A stretch of 64,000 nucleotides of DNA from positions 58,177 through 122,176 of the IMG/VR virus record IMGVR_UViG_3300042862_000198, one strand, 5' to 3'. How positions within the stretch are numbered: the stretch's first letter is position 1; the number at the start of each line of letters is the position of its first letter. The notes under the pieces were generated by a model, which worked only from the letters and a program-made list of their open reading frames with translations, searched no databases and was not told where the DNA came from. The position numbers and the translations under genes were made by a program. This document shows positions 27,474 to 39,400 of this stretch, in pieces. This DNA comes from a virus.

Positions 27474-30410
27474 ATGGCAACATATCTTCAAGGTGTCACC
27501 GATTATATTCCTGAGTATCAGCCTTTTCAGCCTGATCTAAATTTTTATTCTAATGTTTTACAAACAAAGCAGACTCAGTATGACACAAACTGGAAAGCTT
27601 TAAATAAAATGTATGGTCAGTATTATAATGCTGATTTAACAAGAGATGAAAATGTTTCTAAAAAAGATAATTATTTAAAGCAAATTGAATTTAATTTACA
27701 AAGAGTTTCTCAATTAGATTTATCATTAGAACAAAATGTAAATCAAGCAACTCAAGTTTTTAAACCTTTTTATGAAGATAAAGGCTTGGTTAAAGATATG
27801 GCTTGGACTAAAAATTTTATGAATCAAGTTGGAAGAGCAGAAGGACTTAAAGGTTCAAATATAGTAGCTGAAAGAGAACAGTATTGGAATGATGGTGTGC
27901 TTGCAATGAATTATAAAAGAGATGAATTTAAAGAAGCTTCATCTGAAGATGCTTTATCTTTTGAAAATGCTAGTTATACTCCATATGTAAATACAGTTGA
28001 AAAAGCACAAGAAGTTGCCAAAGCTGCTGGTCTATCTATTGAATCTGTAGATTTTAGTAAAGATGGAAAATGGATTATTAAATCTAAAAATGGTGAGCAA
28101 CTTACTGAACCTTTACAAAGATTATTTGAAGCTAGACTGGGAAGTGATCCTGCTATACAAGAAGTTTATAAAACTCAAGCTTATGTAAATAGAAAAAATG
28201 ATGCCTATGCTAATGCTGCACAATTTGGTGGAGATAAAAATATGGCAGAATTAAAATATCTTGAGAATAGTTTTAATGTTTTAAAAGCTCAAAGTGCTGT
28301 AAGATATCTTGGACTTAAAGAAAGGTCCGTATCTTATGATGCAAAAATAAAAGATCTTGAAAGTCAAGTTGAAAAGGGAACAGCATCTCCAGAAGTAAAA
28401 TTGATGCTCTCTCAATATAAAATGAATAAAGATATTAATGACCAAGTATTATTAAGAGCAGAAAATGAACAAAAAGAATTAAGCAATGGTCAAAGTACTG
28501 CAACTACATCTACTGGTTTTGTAAATCCTTTTGGAGATATTAAGTCTTTAAGGTATAAAGTTGATAATGGAATGGCTTCTACTTTAATGAAAAAAGATTT
28601 AGATGAGGCTGCTAATATATTTGCCTTTAAAGATGCTAAAGTAGACATTGATGCTAATCCATATGCTGTATTAGATGTAAAACACCGTTATAGTATGCAA
28701 GAAACTGCAGCTAGAAATGCTGGTTTAGAAAGAGCTGCTAGAATTAGAAATGCAGGTGAAAAAGATACAGCACTAATGAAATGGAAATTAGAATCTGGTA
28801 CTTATTATCAAGATGAAGAAACTGGAGAAATTCTACCAGTAGAAGCTTTAAATCAAATGTTTGTAGATCCAAATGATAAAGGTACATCTACTGATAAACT
28901 TAATTTAAAAGAAGCTAGTAGACATATTAATAGATTACAAACTGAAAATATTGCAAAGCCTCACTTAACAAATGCACTTACTTTAATTGAAAAAATGGTT
29001 AAAGAAGGTACAATGAGTAAAGAAGAAGCTGGTAAGATATTATCTTATGGCAAAAATCCTAACATTAGTGTTGATTTATTTTCTAAAAAACTTAATAAAT
29101 ATGGTTCTGAATGGTTACGTGCTGAAGTAGGAGCTGATGATTTAGCTAAGATAAATAGTAGAATGAATACTTGGGTATCTCAAAATGGTCAATTATCTGG
29201 ATTATCTACCGCTGAATATAAAAACTTTGCCGTTAGTTCTATGAAGTTTCAAGATTATACTAATTATCTTAAAGCAGATGCTGATTGGAGAAAACAAACT
29301 TCTTATGAAGTAGAAAGAGATTTAAGAAAGCAAGGTTTCAAATATGTAGATTATCTATATGATAATAAGGGTAATCTAAGAAGTCAAAAAGACTTTTATG
29401 GAGCTCTTGAAAAAGCTGGTAAAATTAATAAATCAGAAGCTGAGAAAGGTAAAACATATAAAAAAGATCCAGTTTATGTATCTATGGGACCAGGTTTACC
29501 TGCTATGCCTGTAGAATCTCAACCAGAATCTGTAGATTATAATAGCTTAGTAAAAGCAGCTAGTAGAGTATATACTTCAGGCAGAGTTAAAAAAAATGTA
29601 CCAGGTTTAGATAAATTAGGTACTATGTCGGGTACAGGTAAGTTTACTATGGGTACCACAACTACATGGGTTAATCCTAAAGCACATGGTACAGCAAGTA
29701 CAATTTGGACAGCTGAAGCTTTTAAAGACTTAGCTAAAATGGACTGGGGTGCTAATGATAAAAACAGAGTAACTTTTGGAGGTCTGAGTAAAGATACTTG
29801 GAATAAAAGAGGGGAGATGGAATCTAAGAATAATGTTGGTAAAGCATTATTTGAAGCTATAAGAGGTGAATTAACTAATCCAAAAACTAAAATGGGAAAT
29901 TTCCGTATTGGTGTTTCTCCAATAGCTATTGGATCAATGAATAAAGCTGCTATTATTATCCATCCAAATGCTGAATGGTTGAAAGATTATGTAAAATCTG
30001 GTAAAGAAGGTACAGGAACAGGTCTAATTAGTCAAGATGAATATAATTATATTTTACAGAATGGTATTTCTTATATTACTGATTCTAAAGATATGACTAA
30101 TACAATGTACAAAAGTGCATTCCAGTCTCCTTTACAATCTTATGTAGATCAAGTTGGATCATATACATATACTGATCCAAGAAATGAAAATTATAAATTT
30201 ACAATTGAAAAAAATAAATTAGGTACAGGTGATTATACTACTTCAACTTCATTTCCATTATGGAATCCACAGAAAGGTAAATATGAATATGAAACTGAAG
30301 TAGAAAATACTTCAAACCTTGGAACTAATTTAGAGTCTACAAGAGACATGATGCCCGATCAATTTGATGCAATAATGGATTTAAATAAACAGTTATCTAA
30401 TGGCAATTAA
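27474..30410 (+). CDS. Putative ejection/cargo protein
   Basis: 978 aa, helical, no Cys; first gene of the giant-protein operon. Confidence 0.6.
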   Translation: MATYLQGVTDYIPEYQPFQPDLNFYSNVLQTKQTQYDTNWKALNKMYGQYYNADLTRDENVSKKDNYLKQIEFNLQRVSQLDLSLEQNVNQATQVFKPFYEDKGLVKDMAWTKNFMNQVGRAEGLKGSNIVAEREQYWNDGVLAMNYKRDEFKEASSEDALSFENASYTPYVNTVEKAQEVAKAAGLSIESVDFSKDGKWIIKSKNGEQLTEPLQRLFEARLGSDPAIQEVYKTQAYVNRKNDAYANAAQFGGDKNMAELKYLENSFNVLKAQSAVRYLGLKERSVSYDAKIKDLESQVEKGTASPEVKLMLSQYKMNKDINDQVLLRAENEQKELSNGQSTATTSTGFVNPFGDIKSLRYKVDNGMASTLMKKDLDEAANIFAFKDAKVDIDANPYAVLDVKHRYSMQETAARNAGLERAARIRNAGEKDTALMKWKLESGTYYQDEETGEILPVEALNQMFVDPNDKGTSTDKLNLKEASRHINRLQTENIAKPHLTNALTLIEKMVKEGTMSKEEAGKILSYGKNPNISVDLFSKKLNKYGSEWLRAEVGADDLAKINSRMNTWVSQNGQLSGLSTAEYKNFAVSSMKFQDYTNYLKADADWRKQTSYEVERDLRKQGFKYVDYLYDNKGNLRSQKDFYGALEKAGKINKSEAEKGKTYKKDPVYVSMGPGLPAMPVESQPESVDYNSLVKAASRVYTSGRVKKNVPGLDKLGTMSGTGKFTMGTTTTWVNPKAHGTASTIWTAEAFKDLAKMDWGANDKNRVTFGGLSKDTWNKRGEMESKNNVGKALFEAIRGELTNPKTKMGNFRIGVSPIAIGSMNKAAIIIHPNAEWLKDYVKSGKEGTGTGLISQDEYNYILQNGISYITDSKDMTNTMYKSAFQSPLQSYVDQVGSYTYTDPRNENYKFTIEKNKLGTGDYTTSTSFPLWNPQKGKYEYETEVENTSNLGTNLESTRDMMPDQFDAIMDLNKQLSNGN

Positions 30411-33400
30411 TGATGAAGTTTTTAATTCTTTGGATCCATTAGGGCCTGAGTATGGAAAAATAAATGCACCTATAATAGATAGTAAAGGTTTATCTCCTTT
30501 TGAGGGAGATGGAATTGAACTACCTAAAATTAATTTTCCTGATCAAGGAGAACAGTTTTTCCCAATAAGACCTAATATAAATAATCTTGAGTCTCCACAA
30601 AAAAATGTAAGACAAAGTATTGTTGGAGTTCCACAAAATAAACCTGGATTAAATAAATCAGCTAACTATAATGATATAAAAGCTGCTGTTAAACAAAATT
30701 TAAAAGCTTCTATACAAGCTAAACAAGATAAAAACACTTATGCAAAGATATACTCTTATGATGCAGGACCAGATGGTAATGCATTTTATAAAAGATATCA
30801 AGCATATGGTCAAGAAAAGTTTGATGAAATAGGATTCTCTCCAATAAGAGATAATGAATCTTTATTTAATGCACATACTACTTGGTGGGATGATCATAAA
30901 AGAATGATGACTAATTCATTCTGGCCTTTGTTTGGAAGAGGTTTTGTAGCTGGTCCTAAAAGTTTAGGTAAAATGCTTACTGGAGATTTTTTTGGAACAG
31001 ACCTTGAAGATGCAGCAGCTTATAAAGAAGCAGCAGCTATTGGTCAATCTAGCAAAAAAGGAGTTGCTTCATTTGCTAACAATACCATAATGAACTTTGG
31101 ATACTCAGCAGGTATTATGTCTGAAGCTATCTTAGAGGAAATTGGTGGTGTTTTACTTGCTCCTGAAACATTGGGAGGTAGTTTTGTTGTATCTACTGCT
31201 AACTTACTTAAGAATACTGCAAAAGCATTTAGGGGTTTAGACATGGCTAAAGATGGCTATAAAGCTGTTAATTCAACTTTAGATAGCATTAATAATGTTC
31301 AGAGTGCTAGAAAATTTTGGGAACAAGCAAGAAATGTAGGTAAGATGCCTCTAAGCCCTATAGGTGGTACAGTTAGAGCATATGAAGCTGCAAAGACTGC
31401 AGATAATTTAACTAACTTGGGAAAGGCTTATAAAACAGCAGGAGGTTTTTACAGAGATGTTGTAAGAATGAACATGGCTTTATCTGAGGCTAGACTTGAA
31501 GGTGGTATGGTAGAGAATCAAATTTATGATAATCTATATAACCAATACTATGCTAAAAATGATAAGGCTCCAGGTAATGCTTTACAGTATGATATGATTA
31601 AGCAATCTAAGAAAGGAGCTCTTAATACAGTACTGTGGAACTCTGCTCTTATATATGGTAGTAATGCTATTGTTTTCCCAAATATCATGGGACCAAAAGG
31701 TGGCATTAGAGGTTACTTAAAAAGCTCTATTAATGAGTTTCAAACAATTAAAGGTGGAAAGTTTGGTGATTTTGGTAATATAATGTACAATAAAGCAGGT
31801 AAAAAAATTCAGTTTGAAAAAGCTAATTTTAAAAACATGATTTTAGATTACATGAGAAAACCTATTCATAAAGCTGCTTTAGGTACCTTAGGTTATTTTA
31901 AAAAGAATTTTACAGAAGGTATTCAAGAAAATTTACAAGAAGTTATTTCTGGAGCAAATGAAAAATACTACTCAGATACATTTAATAGTAAAGCTTTAGG
32001 TTCACATGAGTATTCAAAAGCAGTATCTAAATATAATACTGCATCTCAATTAGATTATTATGGTAAGGAACTAGGTAATCAATTTACAGCTACTGGATTT
32101 GAAACATTTGCTTCAGGTTTTGCTATGGGAACATTAGCTTCTCCATTAAATTTTGCATTTAAAGAATTATCTATTGGTTATAATAGAATGTTTGATAAAG
32201 AAACTTATAATACATTTAAAGAACAAAAATTAAATATTACTAAAAATCTTATTGCTCAGTTAAATGGTATAGGTATACAAGAATTTTTAGATTCTAAAAC
32301 TTTTAATTATGCTGTACAAGAAGGTGTAGCAAATATAAAAGAACAAGGTTCTAAAAAACAAGCAAATGATGCTGACTTAGAAGGAATTGTAAGTCAAATG
32401 GAATATTTGTTTAATTCAGGAACTACTGATATCTTTAAAGAAAAAATGAGACATTTTAGTGAAATGACTCCAGAAGAATTTGAAGAAGCTGTACCTACTG
32501 TACCAAAAGGTGAGGGTGCTAAGTATCAAGCAAAGATTCCAGATACTCTTAAAAAACTAGATGAAGTAGAACAAGACTATAAAAATATTAATGAAAGATA
32601 TCCTAATCCAATTACTGATGATAATCTTCCACCAAAAGGTAGTCCTGAATATGCAGATGCTGTAGCATTAAGTCATGGTTGGAAAAAAGCAGTACAAAAT
32701 GCTGTTTATTTTAAACAATCCTTTAAGGATACTATGGCTAGAAAAGCACAAATTATGGCTAAGTATCTTTCACAAGCTCCTTTACAGGGAATGACACAAA
32801 GAGACTCTGAAGTTATTTTTGATTATGATAAGTTAAGAAATGAAGCTGCTATGCTTAAAGATGAAGTAGCAACATTAAAAGAACTTAAAGATCCTGAATC
32901 TCAAAGACAGTATACTATTAAACAAAGAAAATTAGAAGCTTTAACTAAGCTAGGAGAAAAAACTGTTAAGTTCAGTAACTTTTTTAATAGATATGAAAAA
33001 GCTGCTGCTATAAAAGCTGAACTTCAAAAACAAAAAGGTGATGTACCTGTAACTGATGAAGAAGTTGAAAAAGTAATGGATAGTGTATTAGGAGAATACA
33101 ATGATGAAAATAAAATAAAAACATTTTCAGAACATGAAGCAGCCTATAAAGATTATTTAAGAGCACTTGGTGAAGTAAATGGAGATTATCTTTTTGATCA
33201 AAATGTTGATGAGTCATATGAATTACTAGCTGATCACTATAAATTAGGATATGAAGCTAATAACTTAATGCAGTATGTAAATTTATTACATGATCCAAAT
33301 GCATTCATGGAAACTGCTGATAGAAACAGAAAATGGATGAAAGAACTCTATAATAAAAGAGGAGAGATATATGAAAAAATGATCAAAGAGCAATTAGATT

Positions 33401-36400
33401 TAGTTATAGATAATGCTTTATTAAATAAATTAGCAAATGAAGGTATTTATATTAGCCTTGATGATTTTGCTCAATGGAAAAAAGATGCTACTCCACCTTC
33501 AGAATTTTTTGATAATACAAGAAAGATGATTATTCCTGAAGGAACAACAGCTTATGATGAATATTATGCATTTTTTGAACAAGCTTCTAGTCTTAAAGAT
33601 CAATCAACAGGAACATTAAAAGAATCATTAGATCAATCATTGAGTGTTAAACTTGATGAGATAGATGAGCAAATGGCAGAAGCTATTGATAGAGTTCCAA
33701 AAAAAGAAGTTAAGACTGTTAGCACTACACTTAAATCTAAGAATGGAGTTAACATAACTCTTGCTGAAATTTTTAATACACTTAATCAAGAAGAATTTGC
33801 AGAAGGTGTTTTTAGTGAAGATGCAGAACCTTTAGTGTTATATAAAGATCTTGAAGGAAATCTTAGACTAGGCGGAAAAGAAGGTGAAATTTTTAAAAAT
33901 TTAAAGGCAACTGTTGATTTTACAAGTGTTCAAATATATACTGTCAGTGAGCAATCTGATCCTCAATTAGTTGCTCCTATAGAAAAAAGATATGAAGAAC
34001 TTAAAAATAAGACAAGAGAAGAATATGCAGATAGACTTGAAGAAATTACAACTGAAGAAGAAAAACCTGTAGAAGATTTTGTACCTGTTACAAATGACTA
34101 TGAGAGTCTTCTTGATTATCCAGCTTTATATAATAGTTTATATAAATCTTTTAATGAAAAAATTCTATCTAAATTAAGTGACCAAGATCAGGTTAATCTT
34201 ACAGAAGAAGAAGAGATAAATTTATTCAATAGGTTTTTAAAAACTGATAAAGAAGCAAAAGCTGAGATAGATGAATTTAATAAAAAGAAAAAGTTAGATG
34301 TAACTACTAAAGAAACTGGTGAGAAAGGTGAGTTTAAATTTATGTACCAAGGTAAAGAAAAAAGTACAGAGGACTATAAAACAGTTGTTGATCTTAGAAA
34401 AATTCAAAGAAGGTTCATAGCACTTATCAATGAAATTGATAATAAAGAAAATGCTACTACAGAGGATATGACTAATAAGAGTAAGTACAAAGTTCTTGTT
34501 ACTGACTTTGAAAAACTTATTGCAACTAGATCCAGAAAAGGATTAACTCCTGAACTTAGAGCAGCCATTGATAAAATTAATACTATTAAAGAAAAGCAAG
34601 GTGATATAGTTATAACTGAAGAAGGCATAACAGTAAATGGTGAAGAATACCAAACTGCTAATAATGCATTAGGTATTGAAGAAGTTAAATCTCCATTTAA
34701 AGATTATGTAGATGAACAAGTTAAAAACTTATTTGATCCAGAAGGAACTCCTATGTTTGATGAAACTAAAATTACTCAAGAAGCATATGATAATTTATTT
34801 GGTGATAAAGGATATCTTACTAAGTTAAAACAAAGAGTAGATAATGGTGAGTTATTTATTGTATCTCAAGGATTGACGGTATATGATACTAAATCTAAAA
34901 TGGCTAGTACAATAGACTTACTAGTAGCAGATGCAAATAGTAATTTAACTATTGTAGCAGTGACCCCGGATTCAAAAAGTAACTGGGATATCTTTAATAA
35001 AAAAGATAATCCTAAGTCTAAGATAAAACAAGCAGCAATGCTACAAACAGCTAATGCTAATTTGTTAATGAGTATGCTTGGCACAGAAGCTAAGATTGCT
35101 GTCTTACCAATTGAGATGAGTGTCAGCACTACAGATGATAAAATATTATCAGCTAATAAACCTACTTCACCTACATTACTTGCTACTGATTTCTTAATTG
35201 CTTTAAACAAGACAGAAGCTCAAGCAGAGATTGATAAACTAATCCCTGTTGAAAAAGTTACTACTACTACAGATACTAAAGCTGATATAGAAAAACAAAA
35301 AGAATTAGAAAATAAAGTAAAAGAGTTAGAAGAACAAAGAAAAGCTTTAAGATCTGAAGATGGTTCTATACCAGCAGATAAAATGTCTGAGTTTAAAAGA
35401 TTAGGAGAAGAAATTAATAAAGCTAAAAAAGCAGCAACAAGAGGTTATTCTGATAATTCAATGCTTATTAAAAGATTTTCAGAAGGTGCTGATACTAGTG
35501 TAACAGATCCAAAAATACTATCTGCTGAAGACAAAAAAGAAGCCGCTGATATAATTGAGCAAGTAATACAAAACAGTAAAACAGCAGAAGAAGCTCTTAA
35601 AAAAATACAAAGGCTTGGTTATATATTTGATATATCAGTTACTCAAAATCTTAAAAAATATTTAGATGATAGATTTGATCAAAATGTTCCTAAAATTGGT
35701 AATAATAAGGATAGCTTCCAAGCTTGGATATATGGAAAAACTGATGCAGAACTAGCTGCTTTAGAAACAAATGTTGTTCCTGCAGATGCTGAATCAAGTG
35801 ATGATGTAGAATCTCCTGCAGTAGAAGCAGAAGTAAAAGAAAGAGAAGTTGTTGTTATTGATGAGTCAGTAAGATATAAGATATCTGACTTTAAAGCTGA
35901 CTTAGATAAAGTAACTACAAAAGAAGAGTTAAATAATTTATTAGCTGATCTTAGTATTAAAAATTCAGAACAGTTAATTTCTTATGAAGATTTGCAAGAA
36001 ATGGCAACTATGGTTAAAGAAAAAGCTAACCAATTAAATACTCCACAAGATATTAAAATTGTTCCGGAATCATTGGCTCCAGGTACAGAACTTGTTGCAA
36101 AAAATACTATCTTTGTTTCAGGTGTTAATGTTCAAGTAGATGAAACAGTAGTTGTTAAATCAGTAAATGCTAGTAATAAAACTATAGTAGTTACTCCACT
36201 AAATTCAACATCTTCTGTAACACTAACTTTTAATACATTAAACCAATCATTTACATTAAAAGATGCTGTAATGAATGCAACAGAAATAGAAGAAGAAAAA
36301 GTTACACCAGAAGATAAAATTAAAATAGTTGAATCTACAGACTTAGTAGATACTTTTGTACAAAATAAGACTGGTAGAATTGATCAAATTGAAGAGACAG

Positions 36401-36459
36401 CTTCAAATAAATCTCTTGAAGAATTAGATGAAGAATTAATGGATGACTTAGAATGTTAA
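30400..36459 (+). CDS. Giant ejection/cargo protein (Gly/Ala-rich possible membrane segments, coiled coils, degenerate PD-(D/E)XK domain)
   Basis: 2019 aa directly upstream of the vRNAP; SEARLEGG and TEGIQENLQ motifs; the only Cys is the last residue. Confidence 0.65.
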   Translation: MAINDEVFNSLDPLGPEYGKINAPIIDSKGLSPFEGDGIELPKINFPDQGEQFFPIRPNINNLESPQKNVRQSIVGVPQNKPGLNKSANYNDIKAAVKQNLKASIQAKQDKNTYAKIYSYDAGPDGNAFYKRYQAYGQEKFDEIGFSPIRDNESLFNAHTTWWDDHKRMMTNSFWPLFGRGFVAGPKSLGKMLTGDFFGTDLEDAAAYKEAAAIGQSSKKGVASFANNTIMNFGYSAGIMSEAILEEIGGVLLAPETLGGSFVVSTANLLKNTAKAFRGLDMAKDGYKAVNSTLDSINNVQSARKFWEQARNVGKMPLSPIGGTVRAYEAAKTADNLTNLGKAYKTAGGFYRDVVRMNMALSEARLEGGMVENQIYDNLYNQYYAKNDKAPGNALQYDMIKQSKKGALNTVLWNSALIYGSNAIVFPNIMGPKGGIRGYLKSSINEFQTIKGGKFGDFGNIMYNKAGKKIQFEKANFKNMILDYMRKPIHKAALGTLGYFKKNFTEGIQENLQEVISGANEKYYSDTFNSKALGSHEYSKAVSKYNTASQLDYYGKELGNQFTATGFETFASGFAMGTLASPLNFAFKELSIGYNRMFDKETYNTFKEQKLNITKNLIAQLNGIGIQEFLDSKTFNYAVQEGVANIKEQGSKKQANDADLEGIVSQMEYLFNSGTTDIFKEKMRHFSEMTPEEFEEAVPTVPKGEGAKYQAKIPDTLKKLDEVEQDYKNINERYPNPITDDNLPPKGSPEYADAVALSHGWKKAVQNAVYFKQSFKDTMARKAQIMAKYLSQAPLQGMTQRDSEVIFDYDKLRNEAAMLKDEVATLKELKDPESQRQYTIKQRKLEALTKLGEKTVKFSNFFNRYEKAAAIKAELQKQKGDVPVTDEEVEKVMDSVLGEYNDENKIKTFSEHEAAYKDYLRALGEVNGDYLFDQNVDESYELLADHYKLGYEANNLMQYVNLLHDPNAFMETADRNRKWMKELYNKRGEIYEKMIKEQLDLVIDNALLNKLANEGIYISLDDFAQWKKDATPPSEFFDNTRKMIIPEGTTAYDEYYAFFEQASSLKDQSTGTLKESLDQSLSVKLDEIDEQMAEAIDRVPKKEVKTVSTTLKSKNGVNITLAEIFNTLNQEEFAEGVFSEDAEPLVLYKDLEGNLRLGGKEGEIFKNLKATVDFTSVQIYTVSEQSDPQLVAPIEKRYEELKNKTREEYADRLEEITTEEEKPVEDFVPVTNDYESLLDYPALYNSLYKSFNEKILSKLSDQDQVNLTEEEEINLFNRFLKTDKEAKAEIDEFNKKKKLDVTTKETGEKGEFKFMYQGKEKSTEDYKTVVDLRKIQRRFIALINEIDNKENATTEDMTNKSKYKVLVTDFEKLIATRSRKGLTPELRAAIDKINTIKEKQGDIVITEEGITVNGEEYQTANNALGIEEVKSPFKDYVDEQVKNLFDPEGTPMFDETKITQEAYDNLFGDKGYLTKLKQRVDNGELFIVSQGLTVYDTKSKMASTIDLLVADANSNLTIVAVTPDSKSNWDIFNKKDNPKSKIKQAAMLQTANANLLMSMLGTEAKIAVLPIEMSVSTTDDKILSANKPTSPTLLATDFLIALNKTEAQAEIDKLIPVEKVTTTTDTKADIEKQKELENKVKELEEQRKALRSEDGSIPADKMSEFKRLGEEINKAKKAATRGYSDNSMLIKRFSEGADTSVTDPKILSAEDKKEAADIIEQVIQNSKTAEEALKKIQRLGYIFDISVTQNLKKYLDDRFDQNVPKIGNNKDSFQAWIYGKTDAELAALETNVVPADAESSDDVESPAVEAEVKEREVVVIDESVRYKISDFKADLDKVTTKEELNNLLADLSIKNSEQLISYEDLQEMATMVKEKANQLNTPQDIKIVPESLAPGTELVAKNTIFVSGVNVQVDETVVVKSVNASNKTIVVTPLNSTSSVTLTFNTLNQSFTLKDAVMNATEIEEEKVTPEDKIKIVESTDLVDTFVQNKTGRIDQIEETASNKSLEELDEELMDDLEC

Positions 36460-36463
36460 TACT

Positions 36464-39400
36464 ATGAAAGTTACTTGTGCACTTACTCAATCTCAAGTTG
36501 AGAAATTATATGCTAATGTTTATGGTCACATGCTCAACCAAGGGGAAGCATTTGATGCTAAACAATACATGACAGATCTTTTTAATAAGATTGCAAAAAA
36601 TAAGGATGTAGATACTGCAGCTAAGTTTTTGCAACAAGTACCATCTTTGATTGGTACTGCTTCATTTAGACCTAGCATAGAAGAGTTTGAGATAAGCACA
36701 GACATGCTTAGACCGTTGATTAAACAATTTAAGAAAGATGACAATGGTCTTATTAATGCCGTTACTTATTTTAATCCAACTTTAAATCCAGAAGTTAAAA
36801 AAGAACTAGTTGAAAAAAAAGCTAATGAAGCTTTTGAAATAAAAGAAACTTCTTCAGATTCAATTACTGTTGATCCCTTTAATTATCAACCATATTCAGC
36901 ATTATCTACTACATTCCAAGAATTTATTTCTAAAGATCCTAATAAAGATATTGAAACAGAAACCTTAGATCAAGGTAGAAGAACTATCTATACTACATTA
37001 AGTGCTATTAGAGAGAATGCAAATAACAATACTCCATTAAAAGAACTTATTTATCAAGACACAGTATTAAAGTTAAAGCCTATTAAGCTTTCTGATATAA
37101 ATCCTGAGTTATTAGATAAGACTACATTAAGATTACTCAACCGTGCTGGATTTTTACTTGGTGCTAGAAAGGCTCAAGCAAATGTAACTACACCAGATAA
37201 GATATTCTTAATGGTTATTACAGATAATGTTGAGACTGGAAATCCATTATTCTTTGATGAGAAAGGAAATATTACTACTAAAGAACTGGGGGGCACAATA
37301 GTGTTTCAGTTTTTAAGAGAAGTAAGAAAAGAAGGTTCTAATTATAGAGTAACAGATATCTATGGTAAAAGTGATCAGATTATTGATCCGGCAATTGTAG
37401 CACAAAAAGCTGGTATTTCTTTTGAAGAAGCAGAAGCTAGACAGCAAAAGGAATTTGAAGAGCTCTATAACTTTAGACAAAAACTAATTAAAGATAACAC
37501 AGCTCCTTTAATTGATATTGTTGGAGTTAGTACAGGAGTTGGTAGTAATAAACCTCAGTCATTAAATCTTTCTAATGTAACACTTATTCTAGAAGATAAT
37601 GATGATGCTATTAGATCTCTTGATCTTGTAAAGTCACCAAGAGCTGGCTTAATAGAAGGTCAAGGTATAATTACTATTAAAGGTGAAGAAATTAAAGTAG
37701 ATAGACCAAACCTTACTGAAGATATTGCTAGAAAGATTGCTGCAGTATTGACTAATAAGAAGATGACTAATAAGGAGAAGTATTTATTTGTAACTCAATT
37801 CTTGGCAGATAATGTTTCTCCTGCAACAAGAAAACATGATTTAGTATATTTAGAAAATACAGATACACTTATATATAAGTATTCACCTACAACTTTTCAA
37901 CAAGGTTATAGTGAAATGATTACTGTAAACTTAGATGCTCCTAAAGCAGCTGATGTTATTTCTAAATCATTGATGGAAGCTTCTGGTAAAGATGGTAAAT
38001 TCTATCCAGCTAAAATGACTTATAATAAAGTGTTACTTGATGCTAATCTTTATCAAGATTATGATCTTCAGACCAATACATTAAATGATGACTACTCTGA
38101 CTATATTGAATTATTAAAAGGATTACCAAATACAAAAATCTTTTTAGATGTAACTCAAGAAAGTAAAGCTTTTAATAGTTATATGGGTTTTGCAATTCCT
38201 AATCAGTTCACAGAACAATTAGCTAAAGCTCAAGAGAGTACAGAAAATTTAGTTACAGATGATTTATTTGAAACATTATCTGAACCTGAAGATGTTGCAC
38301 CAGTACTTGGTGTTAGAGAAACTAGAGAAAAAATTATTAGTGTTTTAGAAAGTGGTAAACAAGTTAAAGGAACAATATCAAAACCATTTGGTGCAATAAC
38401 TAAATGGCATATAACAACTCCAAAAGGAAATATTATTGAGTTCTATAATAAAGAAAATAATATTACTGCTGAAGACATTGCAACTGAAGTTAGTTTAAAT
38501 CTAGTTCCAGAAGCTGAGTTTAATGGTAAAAAGTTTACTAATGTTATTGAAGTAAAAGCAGGTGATAAGTTACTTGGTTATGTAAGAGAAACTGAAGACT
38601 TTGATGCTCCAAAAACTGCAGCACCAACAAAGACTGTAGAAGAAATTGAAGCAGAGATTAATGAAACACTTGATCCTAAAGGTGTTGGTAAACCTGAAGA
38701 AGGTGGAGCAGCAGATATATTTTTCTATAGAAAAGGTGAATTACCATCAGATGTATCTGAAGAACAAATAGCAGATGCAAAAACATGGTGGGCTAACTCT
38801 CCATTAAATAAACATATTGGATTCAGAGAAGTAGCTAATATAGTTAACTCAGATGCATTTGCAAGATTTACAGCTTATGGTGCCACTCTTAATGGTAATC
38901 TGGGTATGATTGATCTTGCAGCAAAGGGTTCTATGGTAGATGTATATCATGAAGCATGGCATGGATTTTCTCAATTATACCTAAGTAGGGCTGAGAAAAA
39001 AGCTTTGTATAGAGAGGTACAGAAGAAGCTTGGAACTAAGGCTGACTTCTTTGAAATAGAGGAGATGCTTGCTGAAGACTTCCGTGAGTATGTAAGAACA
39101 GGAAAGGTTAAAGCTAACTCTCCAAAAAGAAATAGCTTATTTAGAAAAATCTTAAACTTTCTTAGAGAACTCTTTGGAAAAGGTTCAGTAACAAATACTA
39201 CAGATATTAAAGCTGTCAAAGAGTTATTTGATAACTTATATCTTGGAAAAGGTTTAAACATCTACACGCCATCTATTGACAATGTAATGTTTGATGTGTT
39301 ATATAGAAATAGTGGTGTTGTTAAACCGGGAACAGAGACTGACCAGGTTCTTAATAGACAAGATTCTAATCTACTTAAAGATAGTATGGATTCAATCATC

